64,000 nt of DNA from a bacterium (GTDB lineage: Bacteria > Zhuqueibacterota > Zhuqueibacteria > Residuimicrobiales > Krinioviventaceae). The stretch spans positions 5,440,001 through 5,504,000 of the forward strand of contig OY843751.1 in the NCBI GenBank assembly GCA_963693055.1. The letters run 5' to 3'. The notes beneath the pieces were generated by a model. It was not told the origin of the DNA and made no database searches. It saw only the letters and a list, made by a program, of their open reading frames with translations. Below, one piece after another: positions 50,224-60,219 of the stretch (its first letter is position 1; every line of letters begins with the position of its first letter). The position numbers and the translations under genes are program-made.

Positions 50224-52011
50224 ATGTTCCAAATTCAAAAAACCGGTAAATTTTTAAATCCTTTTGCAATAAATTCTTCCGGCAGGTTGTTCCTCATTAG
50301 CATAGTAGTAGGAATCATCTCCGGTTTGGGGGCAATTGCTTTTTTTTCATTGCTTAATCATGTATCTCATTTTTTCTTGCATCAATTGGCAAATTATTAT
50401 CCCCCGGAACCCTCTGGTGAGCTTTCCGGATATCACAATGCCGGTGGTGAACTTCGGAGATGGGTTTTAATCTTTGCTCCTGTTATTGGCGGATTGATCT
50501 CAGGAATACTTGTTTTTACATGGGCACCTGAAGCTGAAGGTCACGGAACCGACGCGGTTATTGATTCCTTTCATCACAAGCGTGGTGTAATCAGAAAACG
50601 CGTTCCCATCATTAAAGCCATTGCATCCATTGTTACAATTGGCAGTGGGGGAAGTGCAGGACGTGAGGGTCCTATTGCTCAAATTGGTGCGGGATTCGGC
50701 TCGTATCTTGGTACCGTATTAAAACTCAGTGACGACGAAAAGCGCATTCTGGTTATTGCGGGTGCGGCAGGCGGCATAGGCGCTATTTTCCGTTCTCCTC
50801 TTGGCGGTGCATTGTTTGCTGTAGAAGTATTGTACAAAAGAGATTTTGAATCCAAAGCATTGATTCCCGCGTTAATATCTTCAATCGTTGCCTTTTCCAT
50901 TTTTGCTTCGCGTTTTGGTTGGGGACAACTATTTGAAACTCCAGATTATCAATTCAGCAATCCCTCAGAATTATTGTTTTACCTTTTACTGGGCCTGTTT
51001 TGTGCATATATGGGCCTGTTTTACATCAAGATTTTCTACGGCATGCGCGATCATTTTTTTCACACCATCAAAATTAAACCACAGCTTCGCCCCGCTATTG
51101 GCGGTTTAATGATCGGTATTACTGGCTTTTTTGCCCCTCATATTCTTGCTTCCGGATACGGATATTTGCAGCAAGCCATGAACGGAAACCTGACTATTCA
51201 ATTCATGCTGATTGCAGCTATTTTAAAAATATTTGCCACATCTTTTACAATTAGCTCCGGTGGTAGTGGTGGTGTATTTGCACCTTCACTATTCATAGGC
51301 GGCATGTTGGGTGGCGCTTTTGGTCAGGTTGCCGAACAGCTTTTTCCCTCCCTCATAAGCAATCCCAATGCTTTTGTATTGGTGGGCATGGGTGCCTTTT
51401 TTGCAGGAGCTGCCAAAGTACCTATATCTTCAATGATCATGGTGAGTGAAATGACCGGTGGATATCACCTGCTGGTTCCCATGATGCTCAGCTCATCCGC
51501 TGCTTATGTAGCAACATCACGAACAACTCTGTACGAAAAACAAGTGCCGCGCATGGCAGACTCTCCCGCTCACATGGGCGATTTTACAATCGATGTGTTG
51601 GACACATTAGTAGTTGACCAGGCATTCCGAAAAGAAAAAGTGCCCATATTAAAAGTCGACACTCCGCTTCTTGAATTTCAGAATATTGTACAGGAAGGGC
51701 ACGACAATCATTTTCCTGTGGTTAACCACACAAACGAAATTGTGGGAATTATTTCACTTAGAAATACCCGTTCTATATTGTTTGAAAATGACATGTGTGA
51801 TCTGCTAATAGCACAGGATCTTATGAGTCCGGCAGTAACTGTAACCCCCGCAGAAAGTCTGAGAAGCGCATTAAAGAAATTTATGGATTATGAATACGCC
51901 CAGATCCCGGTTGTTGATTTACGTGACGAACGCAGAATACTGGGCATGTTAAATCACGGAGATGTTATTGTAGCTTATAATAAAGAAGTAATGAAACGCA
52001 AAACCAATTAA
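50224..52011 (+). CDS. ClC chloride channel/antiporter with two CBS domains
   Basis: GSAGREGP; GGSGGVFAPS; C-terminal CBS pair. Confidence 0.93.
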   Translation: MFQIQKTGKFLNPFAINSSGRLFLISIVVGIISGLGAIAFFSLLNHVSHFFLHQLANYYPPEPSGELSGYHNAGGELRRWVLIFAPVIGGLISGILVFTWAPEAEGHGTDAVIDSFHHKRGVIRKRVPIIKAIASIVTIGSGGSAGREGPIAQIGAGFGSYLGTVLKLSDDEKRILVIAGAAGGIGAIFRSPLGGALFAVEVLYKRDFESKALIPALISSIVAFSIFASRFGWGQLFETPDYQFSNPSELLFYLLLGLFCAYMGLFYIKIFYGMRDHFFHTIKIKPQLRPAIGGLMIGITGFFAPHILASGYGYLQQAMNGNLTIQFMLIAAILKIFATSFTISSGGSGGVFAPSLFIGGMLGGAFGQVAEQLFPSLISNPNAFVLVGMGAFFAGAAKVPISSMIMVSEMTGGYHLLVPMMLSSSAAYVATSRTTLYEKQVPRMADSPAHMGDFTIDVLDTLVVDQAFRKEKVPILKVDTPLLEFQNIVQEGHDNHFPVVNHTNEIVGIISLRNTRSILFENDMCDLLIAQDLMSPAVTVTPAESLRSALKKFMDYEYAQIPVVDLRDERRILGMLNHGDVIVAYNKEVMKRKTN

Positions 52012-52034
52012 TCATCTTTCCTGCTAAATCAATT

Positions 52035-53255
52035 CTAACGGACCGGCTCCAAACTTTCACCCTCTAGATGTGCAACAACCACAACACCTGATGAATCGCT
52101 GATTACATTTGTAGTTGTACGAAACATGTCTAAAATCCGGTCTACAGCCATAATAATCCCAACACCTTCAAGGGGCAAGCCCACTGCATGTAAAATTATC
52201 GACATCATAACCAAACCTGCCATGGGAATTCCTGCGGCGCCAATGGATGCAAGCAATGCGGTCAAAGCAACCGTAAACTGTTGGGTAACACTTAGATCAA
52301 CTCCATAAGCTTGCGCAATGAAAATAGTGGCAACACACTCGTAAAGCGCTGTTCCGTCCATGTTAATAGTAGCTCCAATAGGCAGAAAAAAATTGCTGAT
52401 TTTTTTCGAAACACCCGAAGCCTCACTGGCATATTCCATGGTCAAAGGCAAAGCAACCATAGAAGAACTGGTTGAAAACGCTGTGAGATATGCAGGTAAC
52501 ATATTTCGGTAATGCTTAAAGGGTTTAACTTTTCCTACAAACTTTAATACGAGTGGAAGAACAATTAATGTATGAATAAACAAGCCCATCAATACAACAA
52601 TAAAATATTTACCCAGAGAATAAAACGCTCCAAAACCGGTAGTAGCTACTATTTTAGCATTAATACCCATAACACCTATAGGAGCAAGCCAAATAATAAC
52701 GTGTGTCAGTTTCATCATGGCTTCAAACGAAGCCTGCACAATGTCAGTAAACCGGGAACGTAGTGGATCTTCAAGCTTTGTAATAAAAAATCCAAACAAT
52801 ATGAAAAAGAAAATTACCGGCAGCACATCTCCATTTGCCATGGACTGGAAAGGATTCTCTGGTATGATGCGGAATATCAACTCCATGGGAGACTGGTTAG
52901 CAGCGGAGATTGCAGAAACATCACCTGTCAGACCAATATCTGCACCTTTGCCGGGTTGGAAAACATTTACAAGAAACTGTCCGGTTAAAATGGCAACCAG
53001 GCTGGTAAATATATAATATATTGCGGTTCGAATTCCCAGTGTTCCCAGATTTTTTCCGGTCCCCACGCTCAACACTCCAGACAAAATCGAAGTGATAATC
53101 AATGGCATGATAGCCATTCTCAACAAGCGAAGAAATAACTGCGCCATGGGCTCAGCAAATGGCAAAATACTTTCACCGAACAACCATCCGGCAAATACCC
53201 CTAAAAAAATTCCGATAAAGATATAAAGCGTTAAAGAGTGTTTTTTCATAATCAT
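52035..53255 (-). CDS. Dicarboxylate/amino acid:cation symporter (GltP/GltT family)
   Basis: AFSTSSS; GATINMDGTALYE; AVDRILDMFRT. Confidence 0.95.
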   Translation of the reverse strand: MIMKKHSLTLYIFIGIFLGVFAGWLFGESILPFAEPMAQLFLRLLRMAIMPLIITSILSGVLSVGTGKNLGTLGIRTAIYYIFTSLVAILTGQFLVNVFQPGKGADIGLTGDVSAISAANQSPMELIFRIIPENPFQSMANGDVLPVIFFFILFGFFITKLEDPLRSRFTDIVQASFEAMMKLTHVIIWLAPIGVMGINAKIVATTGFGAFYSLGKYFIVVLMGLFIHTLIVLPLVLKFVGKVKPFKHYRNMLPAYLTAFSTSSSMVALPLTMEYASEASGVSKKISNFFLPIGATINMDGTALYECVATIFIAQAYGVDLSVTQQFTVALTALLASIGAAGIPMAGLVMMSIILHAVGLPLEGVGIIMAVDRILDMFRTTTNVISDSSGVVVVAHLEGESLEPVR

Positions 53256-53354
53256 AAAACCTTAAATACTAGAGTAATTGTGGCAGGGCGCCAAAATTGT
53301 CTATCAACATAACAAAAATTTTTGAAAATTACAAATATTGAAATCCATTTTTGC

Positions 53355-54005
53355 TCAAATATATCCTTTGAATTTATAATAGATAAATTTTGCATATTCT
53401 CCATATACTCTGCGAATACCGGAAAGCGACTTCCACCAGTTTTGTGCATTCACATGTATGGGAACCGAACAGGCAAGAACATGAATTTCATTGGGTTCAA
53501 ATACTTTTCGATAAGCAAGCAGGCTCCGTTTGATATGAAAGGTATCCTGCAACAGAATCAAAGTATCTGTTGTTGCGGGGTTGTTTTCAAGGTATTGAGA
53601 TATTGAAACTGCGGAATTGCGGGTAAAGGGGTCTTGTATGTGAGACAAAAGTATATGGTATTGCGATTTTAAAACATTTCTTTTTATCAAAGCAGTGTCA
53701 AGCAATGCGGGATAATTGTCAACACCAAAAGCATCAACAGCACCATCTGCAGTGTTTAACACGATCAGCAGTTTTTCTGCTTTACCGTTTTTAATTAATT
53801 CAATGGCTCTTTCCATAAAGACAGCAGGAACAATATTGCCCCCTTCTACAATAACAAGGTCGGCATGTTCACCATCGTAAGGAACATCTAAAACTGACGC
53901 CATAGAAGCCAGCCACAGTTTTTTCGTACTAAGCAATGTTATTAGAGCCAGTATAAAAACCGAAAAAAACACAATGCGGAATAAACGTCTTTTATGCTTT
54001 TTCAA
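53355..54005 (-). CDS. YdcF/DUF218-like membrane-anchored protein
   Basis: N-terminal TM; ADLVIVEGG; FHIKRS; WW..EYAKF; TTG start after GAGGG chosen to avoid overlap. Confidence 0.7.
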   Translation of the reverse strand: MKKHKRRLFRIVFFSVFILALITLLSTKKLWLASMASVLDVPYDGEHADLVIVEGGNIVPAVFMERAIELIKNGKAEKLLIVLNTADGAVDAFGVDNYPALLDTALIKRNVLKSQYHILLSHIQDPFTRNSAVSISQYLENNPATTDTLILLQDTFHIKRSLLAYRKVFEPNEIHVLACSVPIHVNAQNWWKSLSGIRRVYGEYAKFIYYKFKGYI

Positions 54006-54018
54006 AGTGCCCTCGAGA

Positions 54019-55110
54019 TCACTTTTCAACCAGCATGGGTACCGTAAAAGTAACTTGTGTGCCCTTGCCAAGCTGACTTTCCGCAGATATTTGCCCCCCA
54101 ATTCTCTTAACATAGACTTTGCATAACGAAAGCCCAAAGCCCATACTAAATTCATCTGAAGATTTTACATCAGAACCAAACGCGTCAAAAGCCATTACTT
54201 TATTTAACAATTCAGAACTCATTCCGGCTCCGGTATCTGATACAGTAATGCTCTTGTGTTTTGCATTATTTTCAGCAGAGATCCTGATCTTGCCTCCCGA
54301 TTCCGTGTACTTGATCGCGTTTGAAAGCAGGTTCCGTAAAATAATACTAAACATTTCTTTATCAACAGTAATCTTTTGTGAAGCAATATCACTAATTATT
54401 TTAACATTACAAAGATCAGCCGTTCCCTGGTACAACTGTGTTACATTGTTCACAATGTCTTTCAAGTCATATTCTTGAGGATTCTCTTCAAGAGTGCTCA
54501 TTTGTGTTTTCGACCAGTCGAGAATCGTATTTAACAAATGAAAAGCAGAACTTGAAACCCGGCTCATATGATCATAAATTTGCTGCCACTCTTTATTCTT
54601 TTCCGGCGTCCGCTGGTACAATAATTTTAATCCACTTTGTATACTGATCAACGGATTTCTTAAATCATGAGACAATACAGACAATAGATCATCTTTTGAT
54701 TGATTGATGGCTTTTAAACGTTGTTGCGTAGACCGTAATGTTAATTGAGATTTTACACGTAAAGTGAGTTCAAGGGCATTGAAAGGTTTTGTAATATAAT
54801 CTACAGCACCCAGTTCAAAGCCCTTTACAACATCTTTATAATCATACCTGGCTGATAAAAACATCAATGGAATATCATTAATTCTTGGATCATTCTTGAT
54901 CTGTTTACACAATTCAAAACCATCAATTCCCGGCATTATGATATCAAGCAATATCAAATCCGGACGTCCGGTTTTCAAAAAATCAAGGGCCTTTTCTCCA
55001 CTGTTAACGGATTCAATAAAATATCCTTCAGGTTTCAGGATCATCACTATTGTTTTGACATCCTTGGCATCGTCATCAACTACAAGTATATTTTTATTAT
55101 TTACAATCAT
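54019..55110 (-). CDS. Hybrid response regulator/sensor histidine kinase
   Basis: REC motifs VDDD, LLDIIMP, KPF; SHDLRNP; NLLSNAIKYT; DTGAG; GFGL. Confidence 0.93.
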   Translation of the reverse strand: MIVNNKNILVVDDDAKDVKTIVMILKPEGYFIESVNSGEKALDFLKTGRPDLILLDIIMPGIDGFELCKQIKNDPRINDIPLMFLSARYDYKDVVKGFELGAVDYITKPFNALELTLRVKSQLTLRSTQQRLKAINQSKDDLLSVLSHDLRNPLISIQSGLKLLYQRTPEKNKEWQQIYDHMSRVSSSAFHLLNTILDWSKTQMSTLEENPQEYDLKDIVNNVTQLYQGTADLCNVKIISDIASQKITVDKEMFSIILRNLLSNAIKYTESGGKIRISAENNAKHKSITVSDTGAGMSSELLNKVMAFDAFGSDVKSSDEFSMGFGLSLCKVYVKRIGGQISAESQLGKGTQVTFTVPMLVEK

Positions 55111-56366
55111 CAAGCATTCGCTCTGCTTTTTTCCTCCCAAACACAAACAAGCTCAACAATCACATCTACTGCCTTTTGCATATCCTGTACAGATATCCAT
55201 TCTTGTCGTGAGTGGAAATTGTGACCACCGGTAAAAACATTCGGAGTCAATAAACCTTTATATGACAATTGCGCACCATCTGTTCCACCACGAATAGAAT
55301 TGCGGATGGGCTTAACGCCGGCACGCTCAACTGCTTCCAACGCGTAATCTACAACTTTGGGATCTTTATCAAGCTGATATTTCATGTTCCGGTAATATTC
55401 ATCGATCTTGAATTCAAAAGAAGCTTTAGGATAAGCGACAATTACCTTTTCTGTAAGATCTTTGAGATACGCTTCTTTTTCTTTCAAACCTTCAACTGTA
55501 AAATCACGGATCAAAAACTTTGCCGTTGTTGTTTCAACATCTCCATTAAAGCCGATGGGATGAACATAACCCTCCCGTTTTTCGGTTGTCTCTGGTGATA
55601 GTTTATCCTTGGGTAAACGTTCAATAATTTCTGACATGATCTTGATAGAGTTTACCAGTTTATTCTTTGCATAACCAGGATGCACATTCACACCAAATAT
55701 GGTCAACGTTACAGAATCCGCACAAAAGGTTTCATCTTCAACCTCACCAAGGGTTTCACCATCTATGGTGTATGCATAATCGGCAGCATACTTTTCAATA
55801 TTGAATTTTTCTGATCCTCTTCCCACTTCTTCATCTGGCATTACCGCAACTTTAACAGTTCCGTGAGGAATTTCAGGGTGCGTTACCAAATGGTTAACAG
55901 CATCAAAGATCTCGGCAATACCGGCTTTGTTGTCGGCTCCCAGCAATGTAGAGCCATCAGACGTCACAATATCATGCCCCAACTGGTTCGCCAGCTCTGG
56001 ATTTTCATCCGCTTTAATCACAATACCAGACTCTGGAGAAAGCTTGATGTCTCCACCTTTATAATTATGATGGACCATGGGTTTTACATCCTTGCCTGAA
56101 ACATCAGGAGAGGTATCAAGGTGGGCAATAAGACCAATAACCGGGACCTTGTGTTCCACATTCGCTGGTAATGTGGCAGTTACATACCCCCACTCATCCA
56201 TTTCAGCATCCATGAGACCAATTTGCTCAAGCTCAGTCACCAGATCTTTTGCCAGAATTTTTTGTTTTTCTGTTGTAGGAAAGGTTGAGGATTCTTCTGA
56301 AGATTGTGTGTCATATTTTACATATTTCAACAATCGATCCAGACACGTGTACTCGACATTAGCCAT
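55110..56366 (-). CDS. pepT: Peptidase T
   Basis: AHLDTS; LGADNKAGIAEI; PDEEVG; IRGGTDG; HNFHS. Confidence 0.96.
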   Translation of the reverse strand: MANVEYTCLDRLLKYVKYDTQSSEESSTFPTTEKQKILAKDLVTELEQIGLMDAEMDEWGYVTATLPANVEHKVPVIGLIAHLDTSPDVSGKDVKPMVHHNYKGGDIKLSPESGIVIKADENPELANQLGHDIVTSDGSTLLGADNKAGIAEIFDAVNHLVTHPEIPHGTVKVAVMPDEEVGRGSEKFNIEKYAADYAYTIDGETLGEVEDETFCADSVTLTIFGVNVHPGYAKNKLVNSIKIMSEIIERLPKDKLSPETTEKREGYVHPIGFNGDVETTTAKFLIRDFTVEGLKEKEAYLKDLTEKVIVAYPKASFEFKIDEYYRNMKYQLDKDPKVVDYALEAVERAGVKPIRNSIRGGTDGAQLSYKGLLTPNVFTGGHNFHSRQEWISVQDMQKAVDVIVELVCVWEEKSRANA

Positions 56367-56438
56367 CAGAGTTCTCCTGTTTTAAAAGTGTTTTTTCAAT
56401 ATCTCTAATATAAAAAAATAGGTTTTCTATACAAACAA

Positions 56439-58370
56439 TTAATAATTTTTCCAATCCAATTGTACTGAAATCTTGCTGATATGGTCACCCAATACAAGAT
56501 TATTTCCAGTTCCCACTGTGACAAGGTTATCGTATCGTGTTATTTCATATTTTAAGGACAGCTTTATTTTCCCTAGTTTAATTCCCGCAACCGCATACCA
56601 GCGAACACCCCGATTTTGTAGCATTTGCAGTTTCATTACGCCTGCAAGATCATTTTCAAATTGGTAAAATCTCAAATCATATAACGGTGCATCAAAAAAA
56701 GACCATCGGGTTCTCAAATCTAAAAACTTTTCAGGTTTATACCGTATATCATGAAATAGCAATATTGCTGAACTGTCTGTTAATCCATCCACATTTTTTA
56801 AATAATCCCAACCCAAATGGTTATAAGCAATACGGCTTTTCATTTCCAGCTTTTCTGCTTTATAGTAAACCTGAATTTGAAAAGAACTTAAATTCTTAAC
56901 GTTCTGCTTGCGACTTTTATTTCCCCAGATATCATAAGCATTTACAAACAATTCTCTCTGTGTAGACTTTATTCTTGCTTGTATTTTAAAATTCCGGATC
57001 GCTTGTTCAAAACCAATCATCCACTCTTTACCCCAATGTTCTCCTGTTGACTGTTCATCAAACACAGGGTGCTTAAAACTGTCAAAGTTCAAAGTGAGCA
57101 AAGTTTGCTTAAAGAAATTCCATTTCCAGCCCCAATACATACCTTGCTCATTATTAGGCGAATAATTATCACCAAAAGCCCGACCAAAGGGAGAATGAAA
57201 TGATTGATTATAGTTCCTGAACAGCCAAACAGCCTGAAATCGATTTTCATTCAGCATAAAACCGGTTACAAATCCATTACCCGTTTGATTGGTTATGCCT
57301 CCTTCTCCAAAAAAGCTGAGCGAACGAAAATCAAAATTGTAATAAACAGACGATGCTGTCTTTTTATCATCAAAGGAATCAACAGACAGCATAAAAGGCT
57401 TATCAAACTGCTGCATTAAATAGTTTACCCCAACCTGGGCTGCCGACGCAGGATGCCACTCAACTACAGCCCCATGTGTTGAAACGGTTACAGCATCTTT
57501 GAATTCCCACTCGCTCCCAAAACGATGATATCCGGTCGTATGTAAACTTTTGATCTGTTCATTTTCAAGAGAAGCGTCTATTTTACGGTTACTGTAAAAC
57601 CCTGTCAATTTCACAGAATGAAACGGTACAGACACCCCCGCACCAAACAAAGAACCATTTTCGTCCACAGACAATGAAGGCTTTAAACCACTTTCAGGTT
57701 TAATTGCAGGCACAATAGGATCAAATCCTTTGTACATTTTATAGGGTCCCCAAAATACCAATCCCTGACCGCTTTTTACGATATAGTTCCCCAACACAAT
57801 CTGAACCGGGCTTTTCAGTGGCGTGTACTGAGCATATACACCCTTATAATCCGCAACAGAGGCTTCGCCTGCATCCTTTTCGGCGACAACACCAGCCTTA
57901 ACAACATCTCCATAAATTACATCAAAACGGTTATAAAGCTTATCCGCATTTCCTCTATACTTGTTTTCATGGTATGCTTTGCTTTTCTCAACCGGGTGAC
58001 TGTATCGATCTCTGGCCCTTACCTTGAGCTGCTCTGAATGAGATTCCTCTATGGTAAAAAAATGAATCACTATATTGGCAACCGGACGAACACTTTTAAT
58101 CTCATTTAAAACCTCGACAGATTGAAATTCATTATGCTTGAGGCGAAAGTCAAGAATATCTCGCACCATTGTTTCTGAAACAAATGGCAATTCTTTCAAC
58201 TCTTTTTCTGAAACACGATTTATATCCAAAGGATTATCGATGTAATACTGCACTGCCTGATACAACTCTGAATCCTGCTCGTCGCTTTGTGATTCAAACA
58301 GCATTTCAAGTTCATCCGCAGACAAAATTGTTGAAAATAACAGCAACAACAGCGATAAAGTGTTTTTCAT
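56439..58370 (-). CDS. Exported helix-hairpin-helix (ComEA-like) domain plus beta-barrel protein
   Basis: NPLDINRVS..L..LP; AEKDAGE; GQGLVFW; NEQGMYWG; YQFEND. Confidence 0.75.
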   Translation of the reverse strand: MKNTLSLLLLLFSTILSADELEMLFESQSDEQDSELYQAVQYYIDNPLDINRVSEKELKELPFVSETMVRDILDFRLKHNEFQSVEVLNEIKSVRPVANIVIHFFTIEESHSEQLKVRARDRYSHPVEKSKAYHENKYRGNADKLYNRFDVIYGDVVKAGVVAEKDAGEASVADYKGVYAQYTPLKSPVQIVLGNYIVKSGQGLVFWGPYKMYKGFDPIVPAIKPESGLKPSLSVDENGSLFGAGVSVPFHSVKLTGFYSNRKIDASLENEQIKSLHTTGYHRFGSEWEFKDAVTVSTHGAVVEWHPASAAQVGVNYLMQQFDKPFMLSVDSFDDKKTASSVYYNFDFRSLSFFGEGGITNQTGNGFVTGFMLNENRFQAVWLFRNYNQSFHSPFGRAFGDNYSPNNEQGMYWGWKWNFFKQTLLTLNFDSFKHPVFDEQSTGEHWGKEWMIGFEQAIRNFKIQARIKSTQRELFVNAYDIWGNKSRKQNVKNLSSFQIQVYYKAEKLEMKSRIAYNHLGWDYLKNVDGLTDSSAILLFHDIRYKPEKFLDLRTRWSFFDAPLYDLRFYQFENDLAGVMKLQMLQNRGVRWYAVAGIKLGKIKLSLKYEITRYDNLVTVGTGNNLVLGDHISKISVQLDWKNY

Positions 58371-59188
58371 AATTTGGTTTTAAAAAATGAAAGCGTAAAT
58401 AAATGTGTACCATTTAAATACTGATGTGATTGAAAAGCATACCGGGCATTAATCCAACCCAACTGCACAGACACCCCTCCGGTCATGCGTTGCGGAAAGT
58501 TTCCGCAGCCGGCGCGTAACGACACCGCAGGCAGCACAAGCCATTCAATACCTGTGCGGTAATCGGTTTTAAATCGATTGTCTTTGTACACGTCAAAAAC
58601 CACTGAAATATGGGGCACCGGATTTAAAGCAATTCCTGATATATAAATCTGCGGTAGTTTTTCCCTGTTTTGGCCAATACAAGCGGCATTCACATTTCGA
58701 ACGGCCCACCCCCATTTACACATGGGTAAAATCTCGGCACAGCCTCCCAAATCTAACAAAACCGACCCACTATTGCCATAACGTATGATATCTATTCCCG
58801 CATAACGCAGTGTTGCACCCAGATGAAATTGCGATGTTATAGGAATAGCTGCACCTAAAGCATAGACATACTCTTGATATGCGGAGTTCCCATAAACATA
58901 TCCCCCACCAGCAACAGTAAACGTATTGAAATTCAAAGCACCAGTTGCAGCGTGTAACCCAAGATCCTTGATCCCATATAAATGACAGGAATGAAAATCT
59001 ACTTTCCACCCTTTATCAAATACTAAAGCACCCGGATTATAAAAAAGGTTTCCCGTTGAACCATAAATGGCGCTACCGGCCCCGCCCACACCCGCAAGGC
59101 GAGCATTCAAAGGCAAATCTTCAACCGCAGCCATTAAATTTAAAGAAAAACAACAAATCAAAATTAATGCGGAACGTTTATTAGTCAT
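58367..59188 (-). CDS. PorV-like outer-membrane barrel protein
   Basis: ARLAGVGGAG; FYNPGAL; aromatic C-terminus; overlaps the downstream gene start. Confidence 0.65.
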   Translation of the reverse strand: MTNKRSALILICCFSLNLMAAVEDLPLNARLAGVGGAGSAIYGSTGNLFYNPGALVFDKGWKVDFHSCHLYGIKDLGLHAATGALNFNTFTVAGGGYVYGNSAYQEYVYALGAAIPITSQFHLGATLRYAGIDIIRYGNSGSVLLDLGGCAEILPMCKWGWAVRNVNAACIGQNREKLPQIYISGIALNPVPHISVVFDVYKDNRFKTDYRTGIEWLVLPAVSLRAGCGNFPQRMTGGVSVQLGWINARYAFQSHQYLNGTHLFTLSFFKTKL

Positions 59189-59276
59189 ATCGCGTACAAT
59201 TGTAAAATGTTCTTGATTATCTGCTAAAATTCTTTAATATTACAGTTTATATAAATTACTATTTTGGAGGCAATTC

Positions 59277-60137
59277 ATGCCGAAAAATCTTTTCTTAATT
59301 ATTTTTTTATCCACCCTCTTGCTTGCAGGTACATCTTTTTCACAACGTATAGATGCTTATGTATCTATTGCAGAAGATGCCTTGTCTGATGAAGCCAAGG
59401 AAAAGCTGGCCGACTTTACAGACAAGGTTGAAACCTACATCAACAACAATGATCGCTGTCCTAACGAGTGGAACACAGAAGTAATTGTTAATATAAATAT
59501 GGTTCTTTCTGATATCAGTTCCGGTGCTGAAGAAAAATATAATTGCCAAACCTTTCAAATCGGAACAAATTATGACATACAACTTTCTGACAAACGCTGG
59601 AAATTTGCATATGACAGCAAAGACAACCTGACGTATGATGACACCAATTACGATTCTTTTACCAGCATGATCGAGTTTTATCTCTATCTTATACTGGGTT
59701 TTGAATATGACAAATGGGGAACTTTGGCCGGTGACATTTATTATGAAAAAGCCAAATATATTGCCGAACAAAGCAAGTTTGGTCTGGGCCGTTTTGTCGA
59801 CGGTTGGGACAAACGTCTTGACCTTGTAAACTATTTTTTGAGTGACAGGCACAAACCGTTCCGTGAAATGGTTGATTATTATTTTTATGGTCTTTCTTTT
59901 GTCAATGAAGACAATGAAAAAGTAAGAAAACATATTGCAACAGCTATAGAAAAACTGGACCGCATACTGGCTGACGATCCCGAAAATGAATATGCAGAAT
60001 ATTTCCTTAGCGCGCATCGAGGTGAATTAATTGATATTTATAGAAATGCAATTAATAAAGAGCCCATACGGTTATTAATGATCATGGACACTGACGATGC
60101 TTACAAACGTGAATATCAAGACATCTTGAACAACTAG
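59277..60137 (+). CDS. DUF4835-family (PorD-like) exported protein
   Basis: Signal peptide; 'FYLYLILGFEYD..G...G..YYEKA'; 'GW..R'. Confidence 0.7.
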   Translation: MPKNLFLIIFLSTLLLAGTSFSQRIDAYVSIAEDALSDEAKEKLADFTDKVETYINNNDRCPNEWNTEVIVNINMVLSDISSGAEEKYNCQTFQIGTNYDIQLSDKRWKFAYDSKDNLTYDDTNYDSFTSMIEFYLYLILGFEYDKWGTLAGDIYYEKAKYIAEQSKFGLGRFVDGWDKRLDLVNYFLSDRHKPFREMVDYYFYGLSFVNEDNEKVRKHIATAIEKLDRILADDPENEYAEYFLSAHRGELIDIYRNAINKEPIRLLMIMDTDDAYKREYQDILNN

Positions 60138-60181
60138 GTTCCAGTCTTACTGCCCCTGGAAAGTACTTCCCCAAAAAAATA

Positions 60182-60215
60182 ACAACCCCGGAGCGAAATT
60201 CGCATCCGGGGTTGT
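60182..60215. terminator. Hairpin terminator between convergent genes
   Basis: ACAACCCCGGA-gcgaaattcgca-TCCGGGGTTGT. Confidence 0.8.
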
Positions 60216-60219
60216 CTAT

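Noticed and set aside
54006-54155. Long overlap between the YdcF-like ORF and the hybrid kinase
   Set aside because: A TTG start with RBS at 54005 removes the overlap; the extension is an ORF-caller artefact, as are the 5' extensions at 52, 1160, 15276, 33468 and 46954
59340-60017. 225-aa antisense ORF (and similar ones at 25359-25922, 46906-47445, 22887-23399)
   Set aside because: Each lies fully opposite a well-supported gene and shows no motifs
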